Of a DNA stretch of 64,000 bases, positions 1 to 10,007 are shown piece by piece (position 1 is the first letter of the stretch; every line of letters starts with the position of its first letter). The notes beneath the pieces are model-generated. The model was not told the DNA's origin. It searched no databases and was given only the letters and a program-made list of their open reading frames with translations. The translations under genes and the position numbers were made by a program. Origin of the DNA: an uncultured virus (IMG/VR IMGVR_UViG_3300025889_000096) (Duplodnaviria; Heunggongvirae; Uroviricota; Caudoviricetes); the IMG/VR virus record IMGVR_UViG_3300025889_000096; one strand, given 5' to 3'.

Positions 1-21
1 ACACAAATACTTTTTAGATAT

Positions 22-159
22 TTATAGAAAAGAAGCGTCTCGTTGATTGAGACGCTTCTTGAGTGCTTGGCGACGTGCCTTTGCTTGTCGGAGTGCCTGC
101 GGTTTCAGTTTCCGCTTCTGCTCCTTCTTAGAATGGTGCTGCCAGTTTGGAGTGTTCAT
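22..159 (-). CDS. Small basic hypothetical protein (45 aa, MNTPNWQHHSKKEQKRKLK...)
   Basis: Translated by hand (below the ORF-track cutoff): ATG at 159, TAA at 22-24, directly downstream of g46. Confidence 0.65.
   Translation of the reverse strand: MNTPNWQHHSKKEQKRKLKPQALRQAKARRQALKKRLNQRDASFL
27..60 (-). terminator. Intrinsic terminator-like hairpin
   Basis: 12-bp perfect stem AAGAAGCGTCTC/GAGACGCTTCTT, 7-nt loop, followed by T residues on the minus strand; late-promoter motif TATAAATA at 19-26 just downstream. Confidence 0.6.
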
Positions 160-170
160 TGTTCTTAGGT

Positions 171-1886
171 CTATGAAGACACTTTACGGGAAAAACCTTT
201 GACTTTCTCAAACTTTATGACACTTTCAAATCTGTCCTCTAGACCAGTTTTGTGGGAGATGACAAAAATGTTAGCGTCTTTAATCACATAACGGATAATC
301 TTAAGAAACTCTTCTGTTCCAAATCCATCGAGTGAACTATCAAACACCTCATCCATAATTAGAAGATTTGTATTGACCGAGTTCTTCATTCTCGCAACTT
401 CTCTCCAAGTGAAAAGAAGTGCTAGGTCAATTCTCATTTTCTCTCCTTCACTAAAAGAAGCATAAGAGAAATCTTCATGAATAGGTGACTGGACGGTTTC
501 GTTAAATTCCTCATCAAGTGTGAAGTTAATATAGAAATCCATCATCTGAAGATAACGGTTAACTTGCTGATTTATCAGCGGTAGATACTTCTTAATGATT
601 TTGGATTTAACTCCACCGTCTTTAAGCAAACTATACGAAAAATCGTAGTAGTTTATTGTGTCTTTTCTAGAAGCGAGTTCGTCGTATGTAGTTTTTAAGT
701 TGTCTTTGAAGGTTTCTAACTTCTCATGTTCAGTATTTCTGTTTGCAAGGTTCTCGGTAAGAACTTGAATTTCATGTTCAAGATCTCTGATTTGTCTCTG
801 ACATCCAGCGATCTTAGTATTGTTTTGAGAAATGCCATTCGTTAAGTTTGAAATCTCCTTCGATAGAGCGGTGAATTGACGCTCTCGCTCCTCTTCCTCT
901 TTAATTGCCTCCTCCAGTTCTTTATAACCAGATTGCAACTCCTTTGCTTTATTTTGAGCGTCTGTAATTCTATTTATTCTGAAGGTCTCTTCAATAGACT
1001 GTGTGCAAGTAGGGCATACCGTATTCTCAGTAAAGAACTTATGCTCCTTAGTAATAGTAGATACTTTTTGAGATATTTTACCTTTTAGGTTTCCCATCTT
1101 ACGAAGTTTTTCAGTAGCCCCAACATACTTTTCAAGATGATTCTGAAGTGTTTGAAGTTCCTCATTTTTGCACTGATTTACATTTATCCAATTGTTTTCT
1201 TCACTAAGAAGTTGTCCAATCTTTTTTTCTTTATCTTCAATATTTTCCTTCCCGCGATTCTCAAGTTCTTCAATAAAACTTTGCTGCATCTTGACTTTAT
1301 CGAGAAGAGATTCTTTTTTCAGTTCAAAGACTTTAATATCTTCCTTTAAAGAACGAATCTTTTCTTTAATAAGTGTATTCATAGAAGAGAAGATTTTAAT
1401 ATCAAGCAAATCTTCAATCACTTCTCTACGATGAGCAGCAGAAAGTTGCATAAAAGGAACAAAAGTGCTACTACCCAAAATCACAATTTGAGTGAATGAC
1501 TTATAGTTCATCTTAAGAACATTTTGCTCCAACCACTTTTGCTGATCAAGTGCTGCAGATGATTGATCTAATGCAGAACCGTTTCTCCAAATTTCAAAAA
1601 TATTTGGTTTGATTCCTCTTACCACTTTCCATTCAGTCTTGCCAATAGAAAACTCAACCTCAACTCTACAATCCTTTTCATTCACGGAATTAATAAGTTG
1701 AGGTTTATTAATTTTGCGGAAAGGTTTTCCGAACAATGAAAATGTTAGTGCATCTAGAACTGTTGACTTTCCTGCACCATTTGTTCCGATAATGAGATTA
1801 GTTGTATTTTTAGTAAAGTCTAATTCAGTTTCATGCTGTCCAGTAGAGAGAAAGTTACGCCACCTAATTTTTTTAAATAAAATCAT
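171..1886 (-). CDS. g46: Recombination endonuclease ATPase subunit gp46 (SbcC/Rad50-like)
   Basis: Walker A GTNGAGKST, coiled coil with CPTC hook, signature FSEGE, Walker B LLIMDE; adjacent to g47. Confidence 0.97.
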   Translation of the reverse strand: MILFKKIRWRNFLSTGQHETELDFTKNTTNLIIGTNGAGKSTVLDALTFSLFGKPFRKINKPQLINSVNEKDCRVEVEFSIGKTEWKVVRGIKPNIFEIWRNGSALDQSSAALDQQKWLEQNVLKMNYKSFTQIVILGSSTFVPFMQLSAAHRREVIEDLLDIKIFSSMNTLIKEKIRSLKEDIKVFELKKESLLDKVKMQQSFIEELENRGKENIEDKEKKIGQLLSEENNWINVNQCKNEELQTLQNHLEKYVGATEKLRKMGNLKGKISQKVSTITKEHKFFTENTVCPTCTQSIEETFRINRITDAQNKAKELQSGYKELEEAIKEEEERERQFTALSKEISNLTNGISQNNTKIAGCQRQIRDLEHEIQVLTENLANRNTEHEKLETFKDNLKTTYDELASRKDTINYYDFSYSLLKDGGVKSKIIKKYLPLINQQVNRYLQMMDFYINFTLDEEFNETVQSPIHEDFSYASFSEGEKMRIDLALLFTWREVARMKNSVNTNLLIMDEVFDSSLDGFGTEEFLKIIRYVIKDANIFVISHKTGLEDRFESVIKFEKVKGFSRKVSS

Positions 1887-2148
1887 AATCAGAATTACTT
1901 GGAGGTATTACAATATCATTGGGTGTAATTAGAGTGTATTGATATCCATGCATTTCACAAGTTTTTATAATTACTTCATCTTCAATTTCAATTACATGCA
2001 TTTCAGTATATCCATCCTCTTCTAACATCATAGCATATCTTACAGCATCATCTTCTTCCACAAACAAATAAAGGATTTGCTCTCCTTCATCATTTGTCAC
2101 TGAGTATGCACCTTCAGTTTCTCTACCATTAATAGTTAGAATAAACAT
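1873..2148 (-). CDS. Conserved hypothetical protein, DUF3110-like (cyanobacterial family)
   Basis: Pattern FxEEDDAxRYAxMLE...IVIPP recognised from memory; tightly packed between g47 and g46. Confidence 0.65.
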   Translation of the reverse strand: MFILTINGRETEGAYSVTNDEGEQILYLFVEEDDAVRYAMMLEEDGYTEMHVIEIEDEVIIKTCEMHGYQYTLITPNDIVIPPSNSDYDFI

Positions 2149-2149
2149 A

Positions 2150-3190
2150 TTAGATTAGTTCACATGCTTCTTGATAAATTTCTTGGATCATTTTTTGAAC
2201 GATGGACTTATCAAAATTTACTTCGGCCTCCTCAATATATCTATTCAATATTGAAAGTGTATCTTCAGATTCAAAGACCTCAAAATTTTCAGTATCTTCA
2301 ATTACAAAATTTTCAACAACTTTGAGTTCTGATACTCCAGAGGAGTACAACTTATCAATAAACTTTTCAAATTTTTTGGTATCCGTCTTTTTTCTGACAA
2401 TTACTTTTACAATTTTGTTTTCATATTCACGAGTATCAAAAGTTTGATAATTTGTATCCTCATAATAAATGTTGTAAAACATTCTATAAGGATTATTGAC
2501 AGGAGTGTGCTCTAGAGTTTCAGTATCAAAAATAGTAAATCCTCTAGTGTCACCTACATCAGTCCAGTAAATCTCATAAGGATTTCCTAGGTAGAAGACT
2601 GTCCCATTAGTCGATCTAGTGTGATAGTGTCCCGAGAAGACCTTAGAGAACTTCTCAAATAACTTGCTTTCCAGACCATGCTCCATGACGATTTGTTTAT
2701 TAACTCTAAATCCTTGGAGCTCAAGGTGCCCCATCGCACAGTGGCAAGTTGAATTTTGAATAAGTTTGAGAGTGCTTTCCTCATTTTCTTGATTAATCCA
2801 AGGTATAAAAAGTACTTTAAGTTTATCTAGTAGAACTTCGGCTGGTTCTGAATATACAGTCACATTGTCATATTCACGCAAAAGCAAATCAACAGCATTG
2901 ACTTGGTTGGTGTTTTTATAGTAACAATCATGATTACCAGTAATTAAATGGACATCAATGCTCATTTCCTGAAGTCTATCAAAAATATTATTTTTTGCCC
3001 ATAATAGAGCAGAAAAATCAATACCTTTACGACTATCAAAAGCATCTCCTAAATGTATAACTTTATTAATTCCATACTCTTTGAGTGTTGGAAAAAATAT
3101 ATTATTATAAAACTTTAGAAAATAATCGTGAAACAACTTTGAGTTCTTTCTGGCACCGTAATGAGTGTCGGTAATAATTGCAACTTTCAT
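2150..3190 (-). CDS. g47: Recombination endonuclease nuclease subunit gp47 (SbcD/Mre11-like)
   Basis: Metallophosphoesterase motifs DTHYG, GDAFD, GNHD, GHYH. Confidence 0.97.
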   Translation of the reverse strand: MKVAIITDTHYGARKNSKLFHDYFLKFYNNIFFPTLKEYGINKVIHLGDAFDSRKGIDFSALLWAKNNIFDRLQEMSIDVHLITGNHDCYYKNTNQVNAVDLLLREYDNVTVYSEPAEVLLDKLKVLFIPWINQENEESTLKLIQNSTCHCAMGHLELQGFRVNKQIVMEHGLESKLFEKFSKVFSGHYHTRSTNGTVFYLGNPYEIYWTDVGDTRGFTIFDTETLEHTPVNNPYRMFYNIYYEDTNYQTFDTREYENKIVKVIVRKKTDTKKFEKFIDKLYSSGVSELKVVENFVIEDTENFEVFESEDTLSILNRYIEEAEVNFDKSIVQKMIQEIYQEACELI

Positions 3191-3191
3191 A

Positions 3192-3644
3192 TCACTCGGA
3201 GTGTTGTTTTAAGTATAGCACAGCACCTTCTAGCAAGTCAATACTATCATTAAAAAATCCCAATCCCTGATTGCATTTATTGCACAACAACCCTCTAATT
3301 TTTCCAGTTGTATGGTTATGGTCTACTGCCAGTATTCTTCCCAATTCACTTTTTTCTGCTCCGCAAATAGCACATCCTTTATTCTGTTTTTCATACATTG
3401 CATCATATTCTTCGCAAGTCAGATTAAAATTCGCTTTTAATCTGCGTCTTTTATTATATAAATGTCTTTTTTCTGGATTATTTTTAGTCCATTCTTTTTC
3501 GTATTTCCTTCTACATTCTAAATTAGAACAACATCCACTAACAGCATATCGTTGAAACCCACCACATCTTTTACAAGGTCTTTGTGAAATATAATGAGTT
3601 TCTCCATTTTCTTTTGCTATCTTTTGTGCATTGTCTCTGGGCAT
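3192..3644 (-). CDS. Endonuclease VII-family (His-Me) nuclease, probable free-standing homing endonuclease
   Basis: CAIC...LAVDHNHTTGKIRGLLCNKCNQGLG motif; Cys-rich N-terminus; lies between g55 and g47. Confidence 0.85.
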   Translation of the reverse strand: MPRDNAQKIAKENGETHYISQRPCKRCGGFQRYAVSGCCSNLECRRKYEKEWTKNNPEKRHLYNKRRRLKANFNLTCEEYDAMYEKQNKGCAICGAEKSELGRILAVDHNHTTGKIRGLLCNKCNQGLGFFNDSIDLLEGAVLYLKQHSE

Positions 3645-3668
3645 TAGTCACACTATAATCACACGAAC

Positions 3669-3676
3669 TATTTATA
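3669..3676 (-). promoter_or_regulatory. T4-type late promoter TATAAATA
   Basis: Exact consensus about 25 nt upstream of the EndoVII-like start. Confidence 0.75.
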
Positions 3677-3679
3677 ATA

Positions 3680-4219
3680 TCAATATCTTAGTTTACTATG
3701 AACTCCATCCTTTATCGAGTTGTAATCGGAATAGTTCCCACCGTCAATAGTATTGTCATCTACAAATACTTCAGAAAATCCCGAACGCTCAAGGATTTTG
3801 TTTTTGATTTCAAGTTGCTTTTTCTCTTTTTGTATGCGTCTTAAAAATGCATAATGAATAATCTGAGTGAAATAAGCAAATGGGTTTTGTGATTTTTCAG
3901 GATTGAAGTTATGAATATACTGAACACAGTTTTCAATCCCATCAGAAATCATATCTTCCTTGAACATATAGTTCACGAAGTTTGGTTTGAATGACAAGTG
4001 ATTTGCAATTTTTAGGAAACACTCTCCGATGTAGCGAGGAATGGGAGGTTTTGTATCCCAGGTTGTTGCACGGTCTTCTTTTGTTAGTTCTCTGCCAAAC
4101 TTTTTAATAAACGTTATCTCAACGTCCTCACGATACTTAATAATAGCAGCAAGAAACTCTTTATTATTGACGTAGTGCTCTGACCTCTTTCTCTTGGTCA
4201 TGACTGCTGTTGTTATCAT
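3680..4219 (-). CDS. g55: Late transcription sigma factor gp55
   Basis: HYVNNKEF, YIGECFLKIA, NFNPEKSQNPFAYFTQI motifs; synteny with g47/g46. Confidence 0.96.
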   Translation of the reverse strand: MITTAVMTKRKRSEHYVNNKEFLAAIIKYREDVEITFIKKFGRELTKEDRATTWDTKPPIPRYIGECFLKIANHLSFKPNFVNYMFKEDMISDGIENCVQYIHNFNPEKSQNPFAYFTQIIHYAFLRRIQKEKKQLEIKNKILERSGFSEVFVDDNTIDGGNYSDYNSIKDGVHSKLRY

Positions 4220-4244
4220 AAGTTTTATTCATTATTATGTATAG

Positions 4245-4273
4245 ATTATACCACTTATACAAATGCTTGACAA
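4245..4273 (-). promoter_or_regulatory. Sigma70-type promoter for g55
   Basis: TTGTCA-17nt-TATAAT with extended -10 TGn. Confidence 0.75.
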
Positions 4274-4295
4274 GGTACTCAAAATCCTGTACAAT
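4267..4295 (+). promoter_or_regulatory. Sigma70-type promoter, antisense orientation
   Basis: TTGACA(4267-4272)-17nt-TACAAT(4290-4295); overlaps the -35 of the g55 promoter. Confidence 0.6.
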
Positions 4296-4324
4296 TACCT
4301 TTGTGGAGGTTAAAAAGATTATCT

Positions 4325-4717
4325 TTAGCTATTTTTATAGAGCTTCTCTAGAATCTCTTTAGCATCATTTACATTGGCAAGATATCCCATTCTTCTGCTT
4401 ATCTTGGATTGATTGTTAGTATCTTTAGATGATTGACGGACAAAGTTTTGATATATAGTGATCATTTCAATATCAAAAGATTCAGATATAGTTAAAATAT
4501 CTTCTAAATTAATAATAAACATATCTTCTTTAGTTGTTTTTAACCATGGTTCCAACTTATATCCAATAGAACCTGTTCTACTTTTAATTTCAGAAACAAT
4601 TATTGGATTTGAAACTATAAGCATAGTACGATCTTCTTCTTCAGAAGCTGCTACCTTGGCAAACAATTCCTCACCAGTTTTTAATTTAATTGTTGCATAA
4701 AAATCTTCTTCTATCAT
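4325..4717 (-). CDS. Conserved hypothetical protein (between uvsW and g55)
   Basis: 130-aa ORF, IKLKTGEE...PW pattern, start overlaps the uvsW stop. Confidence 0.8.
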   Translation of the reverse strand: MIEEDFYATIKLKTGEELFAKVAASEEEDRTMLIVSNPIIVSEIKSRTGSIGYKLEPWLKTTKEDMFIINLEDILTISESFDIEMITIYQNFVRQSSKDTNNQSKISRRMGYLANVNDAKEILEKLYKNS

Positions 4718-6192
4718 TAGTCTTTAATCTGTATGGTGATTATTTCATAGTTGAAATTTTCTTCATTGTATATTTTAATTCTTTCTATTAAGTGGTTTAA
4801 TGTATAGTTTTTTTTTGAATTGTACGTACAATCATCAGAGATGTCGTAAAGAACTGCTTTAGTTTTATTTTTTCCCTTTCTAAGCACTCGTCCAATACTT
4901 TGTAGATTTCTAACTCTTGATTTGCTGGGTGAAGCGAAGATAACGTTATGAAGATTTTTAATATTAATACCTGTAGAAAAGGTTCCATAGGAAGCAACGA
5001 TTATTGCATTGCTTTCTCTTTCTGTAATTTCTCTCACAAGTTCTCTTTCTTCAGCACCAACGCCACCATGAACAAAAAATACTTTTCTATCATCTTGCTT
5101 ATTACTATTTATTCTTTCATATAAAACTGCTCCGTGTGCTTCTACTCTACTGAACAGCACAAGAGTATTTCCTTTCAAATCTAAACAAAGATTTGTTATA
5201 AACTTATTTCTTCTTTCATGCGAGATTAAATATTGTATCTCATTTTCATAAGTTTCAAATTTTTGAGGAGAGTGTTTTAAAACTATACATTGAATATCTA
5301 ATTGAGATAAATGTCCCTGTCTCATCAATTCATCAGTTTTTGTAACTTTATATGATGGACCAAATAATCCTTCTAAAACCCATTTATGAGTTTGTGTACC
5401 ATCCAAAGTACCTGTGAATCCAAAACGATACTTTGCATGGTGTAACTTTGTCATAATTTGTATGAGGGATTTGCTCTTGAATAAATGAGCTTCATCACCT
5501 ATAATACATCCATAGTCCTCAAAGAATGAACGTTCTAGTTTATATACAGATTGCCAAGTTGTAATCGTAACTGGATATTCATTTGTTTTTTCTCTACCGG
5601 AATAGATACGATGACAATATGAATCAGCATTCCAACCATAGTCTAAAAAATCCTTGTACATCTGCTCTACAAGAGATGTCGTCGGAACAACTAAAAGAAT
5701 TTTTTGTCCTTTATCTACATAATACCTTACAAGGGAATAAATCATCAAGGATTTTCCTGAGGCTGTGGGTGATATCAGTAATTTTCGGTTATGTCGTAGA
5801 GCATCGTATACTCCCTCAATCTGATATTTTCTTGGGGAATGTGAGCAAATAGATTGCATATATCCCTTTACACCCTCAAAAGAAATCTCCTCATTCTCTT
5901 CGTAGGGTGTTCCGTAGAACTTATTGTCTTCAAACTTATAAGTGTATCCATATTGCTTACAGAAGGATACAATCTTATCTAACAGTCCAACATAAATCTG
6001 CTTGGACCTCATATCATACAAATGAATTTCTCCATTCCAATTTCTTCCACGATACTGTGGCATAAATTTTGCATTGGGAACCTCAAACTTAAAATGGTCT
6101 CTAAGTTCATATTCAATATGAGGTTCCGTATTAATCCTTAAAAATACTTCGTTGGATTTTGAAATTACAAGATTTGTTGTAGTATCAATCAC
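4717..6192 (-). CDS. uvsW: RNA-DNA/DNA-DNA helicase UvsW
   Basis: SF2 motifs SPTASGKS, DEAH, TGT, QSIGRVLR; next to uvsY. Confidence 0.97.
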   Translation of the reverse strand: MIDTTTNLVISKSNEVFLRINTEPHIEYELRDHFKFEVPNAKFMPQYRGRNWNGEIHLYDMRSKQIYVGLLDKIVSFCKQYGYTYKFEDNKFYGTPYEENEEISFEGVKGYMQSICSHSPRKYQIEGVYDALRHNRKLLISPTASGKSLMIYSLVRYYVDKGQKILLVVPTTSLVEQMYKDFLDYGWNADSYCHRIYSGREKTNEYPVTITTWQSVYKLERSFFEDYGCIIGDEAHLFKSKSLIQIMTKLHHAKYRFGFTGTLDGTQTHKWVLEGLFGPSYKVTKTDELMRQGHLSQLDIQCIVLKHSPQKFETYENEIQYLISHERRNKFITNLCLDLKGNTLVLFSRVEAHGAVLYERINSNKQDDRKVFFVHGGVGAEERELVREITERESNAIIVASYGTFSTGINIKNLHNVIFASPSKSRVRNLQSIGRVLRKGKNKTKAVLYDISDDCTYNSKKNYTLNHLIERIKIYNEENFNYEIITIQIKD

Positions 6193-6220
6193 ATAAATCC
6201 ATGCATCTAAATCTATTTAT

Positions 6221-6658
6221 TTACCCTAGTCCAGAGTTAAATCTTATAAATTCTATTGCATTTTTAATTTGGTAAGTTCTATTTTGAATCATTCTGAGAA
6301 TACTTTCAACATAAACTAGCATTGTATCGTAATAATCAATTTTTAAACATACCGTAGATAGTTTTTCATCCGCATCCAGATACTTTTGCATAGTATCTTT
6401 ATCTCGAATCTTTTTTGGGAAGGGATTGTCAATATAAACTTCTGGGTCTGATTTTCCTGAATAATATTCATACCTTTCATGACGAATATTTCTCTTCTGC
6501 TGTTCTGCCTTTTTTCTCAAAAGAAAAATTGTATTATAAAGTTCAAAATATTTTGCATGAAGAGAAGGGATATTTGTGGATTCTATGTGAAGATTATCCA
6601 TATCTATTTTGGAATCTTTTATCCACATTTCTTGAATCTTATCAAGATCAATTGTCAT
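6221..6658 (-). CDS. uvsY: Recombination mediator UvsY
   Basis: PSLHAKY, RYEYYSGK, IKNAIEF motifs; synteny g3-uvsY-uvsW. Confidence 0.92.
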   Translation of the reverse strand: MTIDLDKIQEMWIKDSKIDMDNLHIESTNIPSLHAKYFELYNTIFLLRKKAEQQKRNIRHERYEYYSGKSDPEVYIDNPFPKKIRDKDTMQKYLDADEKLSTVCLKIDYYDTMLVYVESILRMIQNRTYQIKNAIEFIRFNSGLG

Positions 6659-7221
6659 AAGGGATTTCCACTCAAGTCAGTTATTTCGTATATAGTATAC
6701 TTGAAAGTAACATCTGCTGTAAAGTATTCAATATTTGTATCTGTCGCATCGAAGTTGACTGGAGATAATATATATGGCCATAAATCTTTAAACTTAACTA
6801 AAAAGTTTGGATTTAATGAACTATTTAAAACTGATAGAGTTCCGTCTGAATATAGATTTAATTCTTTTTGTCCCTTTTTTCTTGATAAATCTACATGAAT
6901 GTCTTGTTTCTGCCAACTAGTAATATCATTCAAACTTTCTGGATATCCAAGACCACGAATCCAATTATGAATTTCCATATAATTTTTTAGGTCTTCGTCA
7001 ACTAAAAAACGAATTGTAAAATCCTCAAATAAAATTTTATCACCTGGTATTTCGATATCTTTTAGATAAGTTGGTTGAACTGCAACCCCTAAAGTCATCC
7101 CAGGAATATTTGCAGAATTGCTGAAAAATGAGACCTTAGGTGCTCTGTTTAAAATAAATTTAAACGCAGTGGGGGATAGAAAATTTCTATTCTCTATTTG
7201 GTTTTTAAAAATATTTGCCAT
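6655..7221 (-). CDS. g3: Tail completion / tube terminator gp3
   Basis: NFLSP, PGDK, FLVDEDLKNYMEIHNW motifs; follows g23. Confidence 0.9.
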   Translation of the reverse strand: MANIFKNQIENRNFLSPTAFKFILNRAPKVSFFSNSANIPGMTLGVAVQPTYLKDIEIPGDKILFEDFTIRFLVDEDLKNYMEIHNWIRGLGYPESLNDITSWQKQDIHVDLSRKKGQKELNLYSDGTLSVLNSSLNPNFLVKFKDLWPYILSPVNFDATDTNIEYFTADVTFKYTIYEITDLSGNPL

Positions 7222-7239
7222 TTTTTTAATTATTTAGAT

Positions 7240-7264
7240 AAAAAAAGGGTCCCTTTCGGGACCC
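7240..7264 (-). terminator. Intrinsic terminator after g23
   Basis: GGGTCCC-GAAA-GGGACCC followed by T7 on the minus strand. Confidence 0.9.
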
Positions 7265-7285
7265 AGTAAAACCTTTATGAAAGAA

Positions 7286-8707
7286 TCACATGAGGTTCTT
7301 AACCAGTACTCTTCTGTAGTAGCGGTTAGTGTCGGCAGCAAGGCGTCCAAGTGAGGTTGACTGACCCGAAGCAAGTCCACCTTCAGCGAATGGGTTAGCA
7401 ACAAGACCGTAACGGGTCTTAAAGCCAATCTTAGGCTGGAAGCTGTTCTCACCAACGGCACGAACCATTTGAAGAGGAACGTATGGGCAATAGAACAGAC
7501 CTGCATCATAAGGGGAAGAACCCTTATAACCAACAACATAATACTGATTACCACCTACGTTACCAGCAGCACCAGCACGGTTAGTGATGTTAGCAGCATA
7601 AGGATCGATATAAACACGATACTTACCTTGGAGAACACCCGCAAAAGTGTTACCAGTTTCATCAACGCTAAGGTTAGCGTTGAGTGCAGGGGTGTAATCA
7701 AGAACACCAGCCATAGTTAGAGCGGAAGCAACGTCTGCAGAGCAGAGGATGATGTTGCCCTTTCCACGACGAGTTCTGGTTGCGATCTGGTTAGCATCGC
7801 GCTCAATTTGGAACAGAAGACCCTTGAACTTTTCAACCGACCAACGACCGTTGGAATCAACGTCAAGGTCAAAAGTACCAGCGGTAGCAACGTTTTGCTG
7901 AGCACCAGCTTCTGCAGTGATGTAGATGCTACGGATAACTTCGCGGTTGATTTCAGCAAGAATTTCGCTAGACAAAATGTTAGCGAGTTCTGCTTCAGCA
8001 TTCAAACCGTGAATCGCCTTGAGGTCTTGAGCGAGTTCTAATGAGTACTCAGCTTTCAGTGCTCTCGACTTTGCAGTAACAGTGACTTTCTCGATTGAGA
8101 ATGCCATCTGTGCGAAAGCGTTTGCATCAGCATCACCCAGTGCCTCAGCGTCACCAGTCTTCATACCACCGTGAACGTTATATTCACCGGCAGCGTTTAG
8201 AAGACCTGGGTTTGTGTTTGCAGACAGAGCAGCGGTAGTACCAATGCCAGTGTTTCCAGCTGCAAGAGTATTAGCTGCGTTCTGTGCTGAGAAGCGAGTA
8301 TCTGGCTCATCGAATAGAGCCTCTTGACCACTCTGGTTAGTGTAGCGTGAACGCATTGCGAAGATTAGTCCAGTAGGACCGGTCATTGGCTGAACGCCTG
8401 CGAGGTCATATGCGACCAAGTTAGGCATTGAACGTCTGATTAGTGAAATCAGAACAGGATCGAAACCTGCAGTAGGAGCAGATCCACTGAAACCACCTTC
8501 AGCACCGGCAGCATTACCGATATTTGTTGGGGCCTCAGTTAGGAATGAACCTGATTGGGCGAAAGACTGTTGCTCTTTAAGAAATTTTTCTTGGTTTTCT
8601 AGCAGGACTGCGGTTACCGCTTTTCTATGTGAATCTTTGATTGGATCAAGACCCTCATAGTTGAGGAGAGGTGCCCACTTTTCCTGCAGATGCTCTGAAT
8701 GGAACAT
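7286..8707 (-). CDS. g23: Major capsid protein gp23
   Basis: GVQPMTGPTGLIFAMR, SRALKAEYSLELAQDLKAIHGL, FQPKIGFKTRYG. Confidence 0.99.
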   Translation of the reverse strand: MFHSEHLQEKWAPLLNYEGLDPIKDSHRKAVTAVLLENQEKFLKEQQSFAQSGSFLTEAPTNIGNAAGAEGGFSGSAPTAGFDPVLISLIRRSMPNLVAYDLAGVQPMTGPTGLIFAMRSRYTNQSGQEALFDEPDTRFSAQNAANTLAAGNTGIGTTAALSANTNPGLLNAAGEYNVHGGMKTGDAEALGDADANAFAQMAFSIEKVTVTAKSRALKAEYSLELAQDLKAIHGLNAEAELANILSSEILAEINREVIRSIYITAEAGAQQNVATAGTFDLDVDSNGRWSVEKFKGLLFQIERDANQIATRTRRGKGNIILCSADVASALTMAGVLDYTPALNANLSVDETGNTFAGVLQGKYRVYIDPYAANITNRAGAAGNVGGNQYYVVGYKGSSPYDAGLFYCPYVPLQMVRAVGENSFQPKIGFKTRYGLVANPFAEGGLASGQSTSLGRLAADTNRYYRRVLVKNLM

Positions 8708-8760
8708 TTGCGTTTACCTTTTGTTGTGTGGATGTTTTGTTTGAATTATATTAAATTCAA

Positions 8761-9936
8761 TTATTTGCTAAATCTTGAAAGTGTATTCAGATAGTGTGCC
8801 ATTGAACCTGAGAAAGTCTCGGGTGAAATGTCTACACCTTCTGAAATCGATTCTGCTTTAGCTTTTGGAGTTGCTGTTCTTGACGGAAAATATGCTTCCC
8901 TCAAAGTCTCCAGTTTTTCACGATATTCTTCTTCACTTTCAAACTCAACACTTTCGGCAAGTGAAGCGAGCTTGTCTTTCTGAGTAGCAGCGAGGCCCTC
9001 AGAAACTTGGTCAAAGATTCCATCAGCAACCGACTCAGAGAGACGCTTGTTGAGGGAGATATTCTTCTCAATTTGCTCGTTGAGTTTTGTCTCCATATCA
9101 TCAAGTTTTTCTACCATGCTCTCAAGCACATCATATTTATCTTCAGGGATTGATACATAATGTTCTTCAAAAAGTCCTTTCAGACCAGACATGAAGGATT
9201 CGCTTAGCTCTTCCTTCAGTCCACTCTGAACGGCAAGTTTGTTTTCTGACATCCACTCGTCAGCAACATACTCCAAGTATGAATCAGCACGTTCTTGGAG
9301 TTCAGATTTAATTTCTACTACAGTCTCAATGAGTTTTTCCTCATAGACTGCTTCATAATACTCTTCAAGAGATTCGCGGATTTCTGAAACCTTAGATCTT
9401 AGAGCAGATTCGAAGATAGTTTTTGCTTTATCTTTGAATTCTTCGGAAAGATCTGCCTCATCTCCCGCATTCAGAAGAGCATTAATATCTTCTTCAATAT
9501 CAAATGACTCTTCTACTACTTCTTCCTCTTCCTCGTCTTCCTCTTCTTCGGAAGCAACTTCTTCTGCTTCTGCTGCTACTTCTTCCTCACCTTCTTCGAG
9601 TTCTTGCTCTTCATCGATGAGATCTTCATCATCAATCTCTTCTTCCTCCTTAACAGCGCCAGACAGCTTCTGCATAGCATCAGCACCTTTAGCGCCGCGA
9701 GTAACTACATCACTAACTGTTTTAAGTGATGGTTCCTTCAGTGCAGCCGAATTATCATCAGATTTGTAATTATCTGGAGTTGGACCACCAAGATCTTCCC
9801 AATCAGCAGTTTGTCCTGGAGCAATACCTGCAGTTAGCTTTTGCATAGCTTCTGCAGGTTTTGCGCCAGAGTTAACGGCGGTTTTGGATTGCTTAGTGCC
9901 TGCTTCCATTTCTTGTAATTGATTGCCACGAGACAT
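8761..9936 (-). CDS. g22: Prohead core scaffold protein gp22
   Basis: Acidic coiled coil, LSEEFKDKAKTIFE, YLEYVADEW; between g21 and g23. Confidence 0.94.
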   Translation of the reverse strand: MSRGNQLQEMEAGTKQSKTAVNSGAKPAEAMQKLTAGIAPGQTADWEDLGGPTPDNYKSDDNSAALKEPSLKTVSDVVTRGAKGADAMQKLSGAVKEEEEIDDEDLIDEEQELEEGEEEVAAEAEEVASEEEEDEEEEEVVEESFDIEEDINALLNAGDEADLSEEFKDKAKTIFESALRSKVSEIRESLEEYYEAVYEEKLIETVVEIKSELQERADSYLEYVADEWMSENKLAVQSGLKEELSESFMSGLKGLFEEHYVSIPEDKYDVLESMVEKLDDMETKLNEQIEKNISLNKRLSESVADGIFDQVSEGLAATQKDKLASLAESVEFESEEEYREKLETLREAYFPSRTATPKAKAESISEGVDISPETFSGSMAHYLNTLSRFSK

Positions 9937-9974
9937 TTGAACTCTCCGATTTACCTTTGTATTAAATCTATATT

Positions 9975-9982
9975 TATTTATA
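9975..9982 (-). promoter_or_regulatory. T4-type late promoter TATAAATA
   Basis: Exact consensus upstream of g22. Confidence 0.8.
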
Positions 9983-10007
9983 ATTTAAAGATTTACGCCA
10001 AATATAG

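Noticed and set aside
7234..7554. Alternative-frame ORF overlapping the g23 end
   Set aside because: It overlaps the major capsid gene and runs through its terminator; a shadow ORF.
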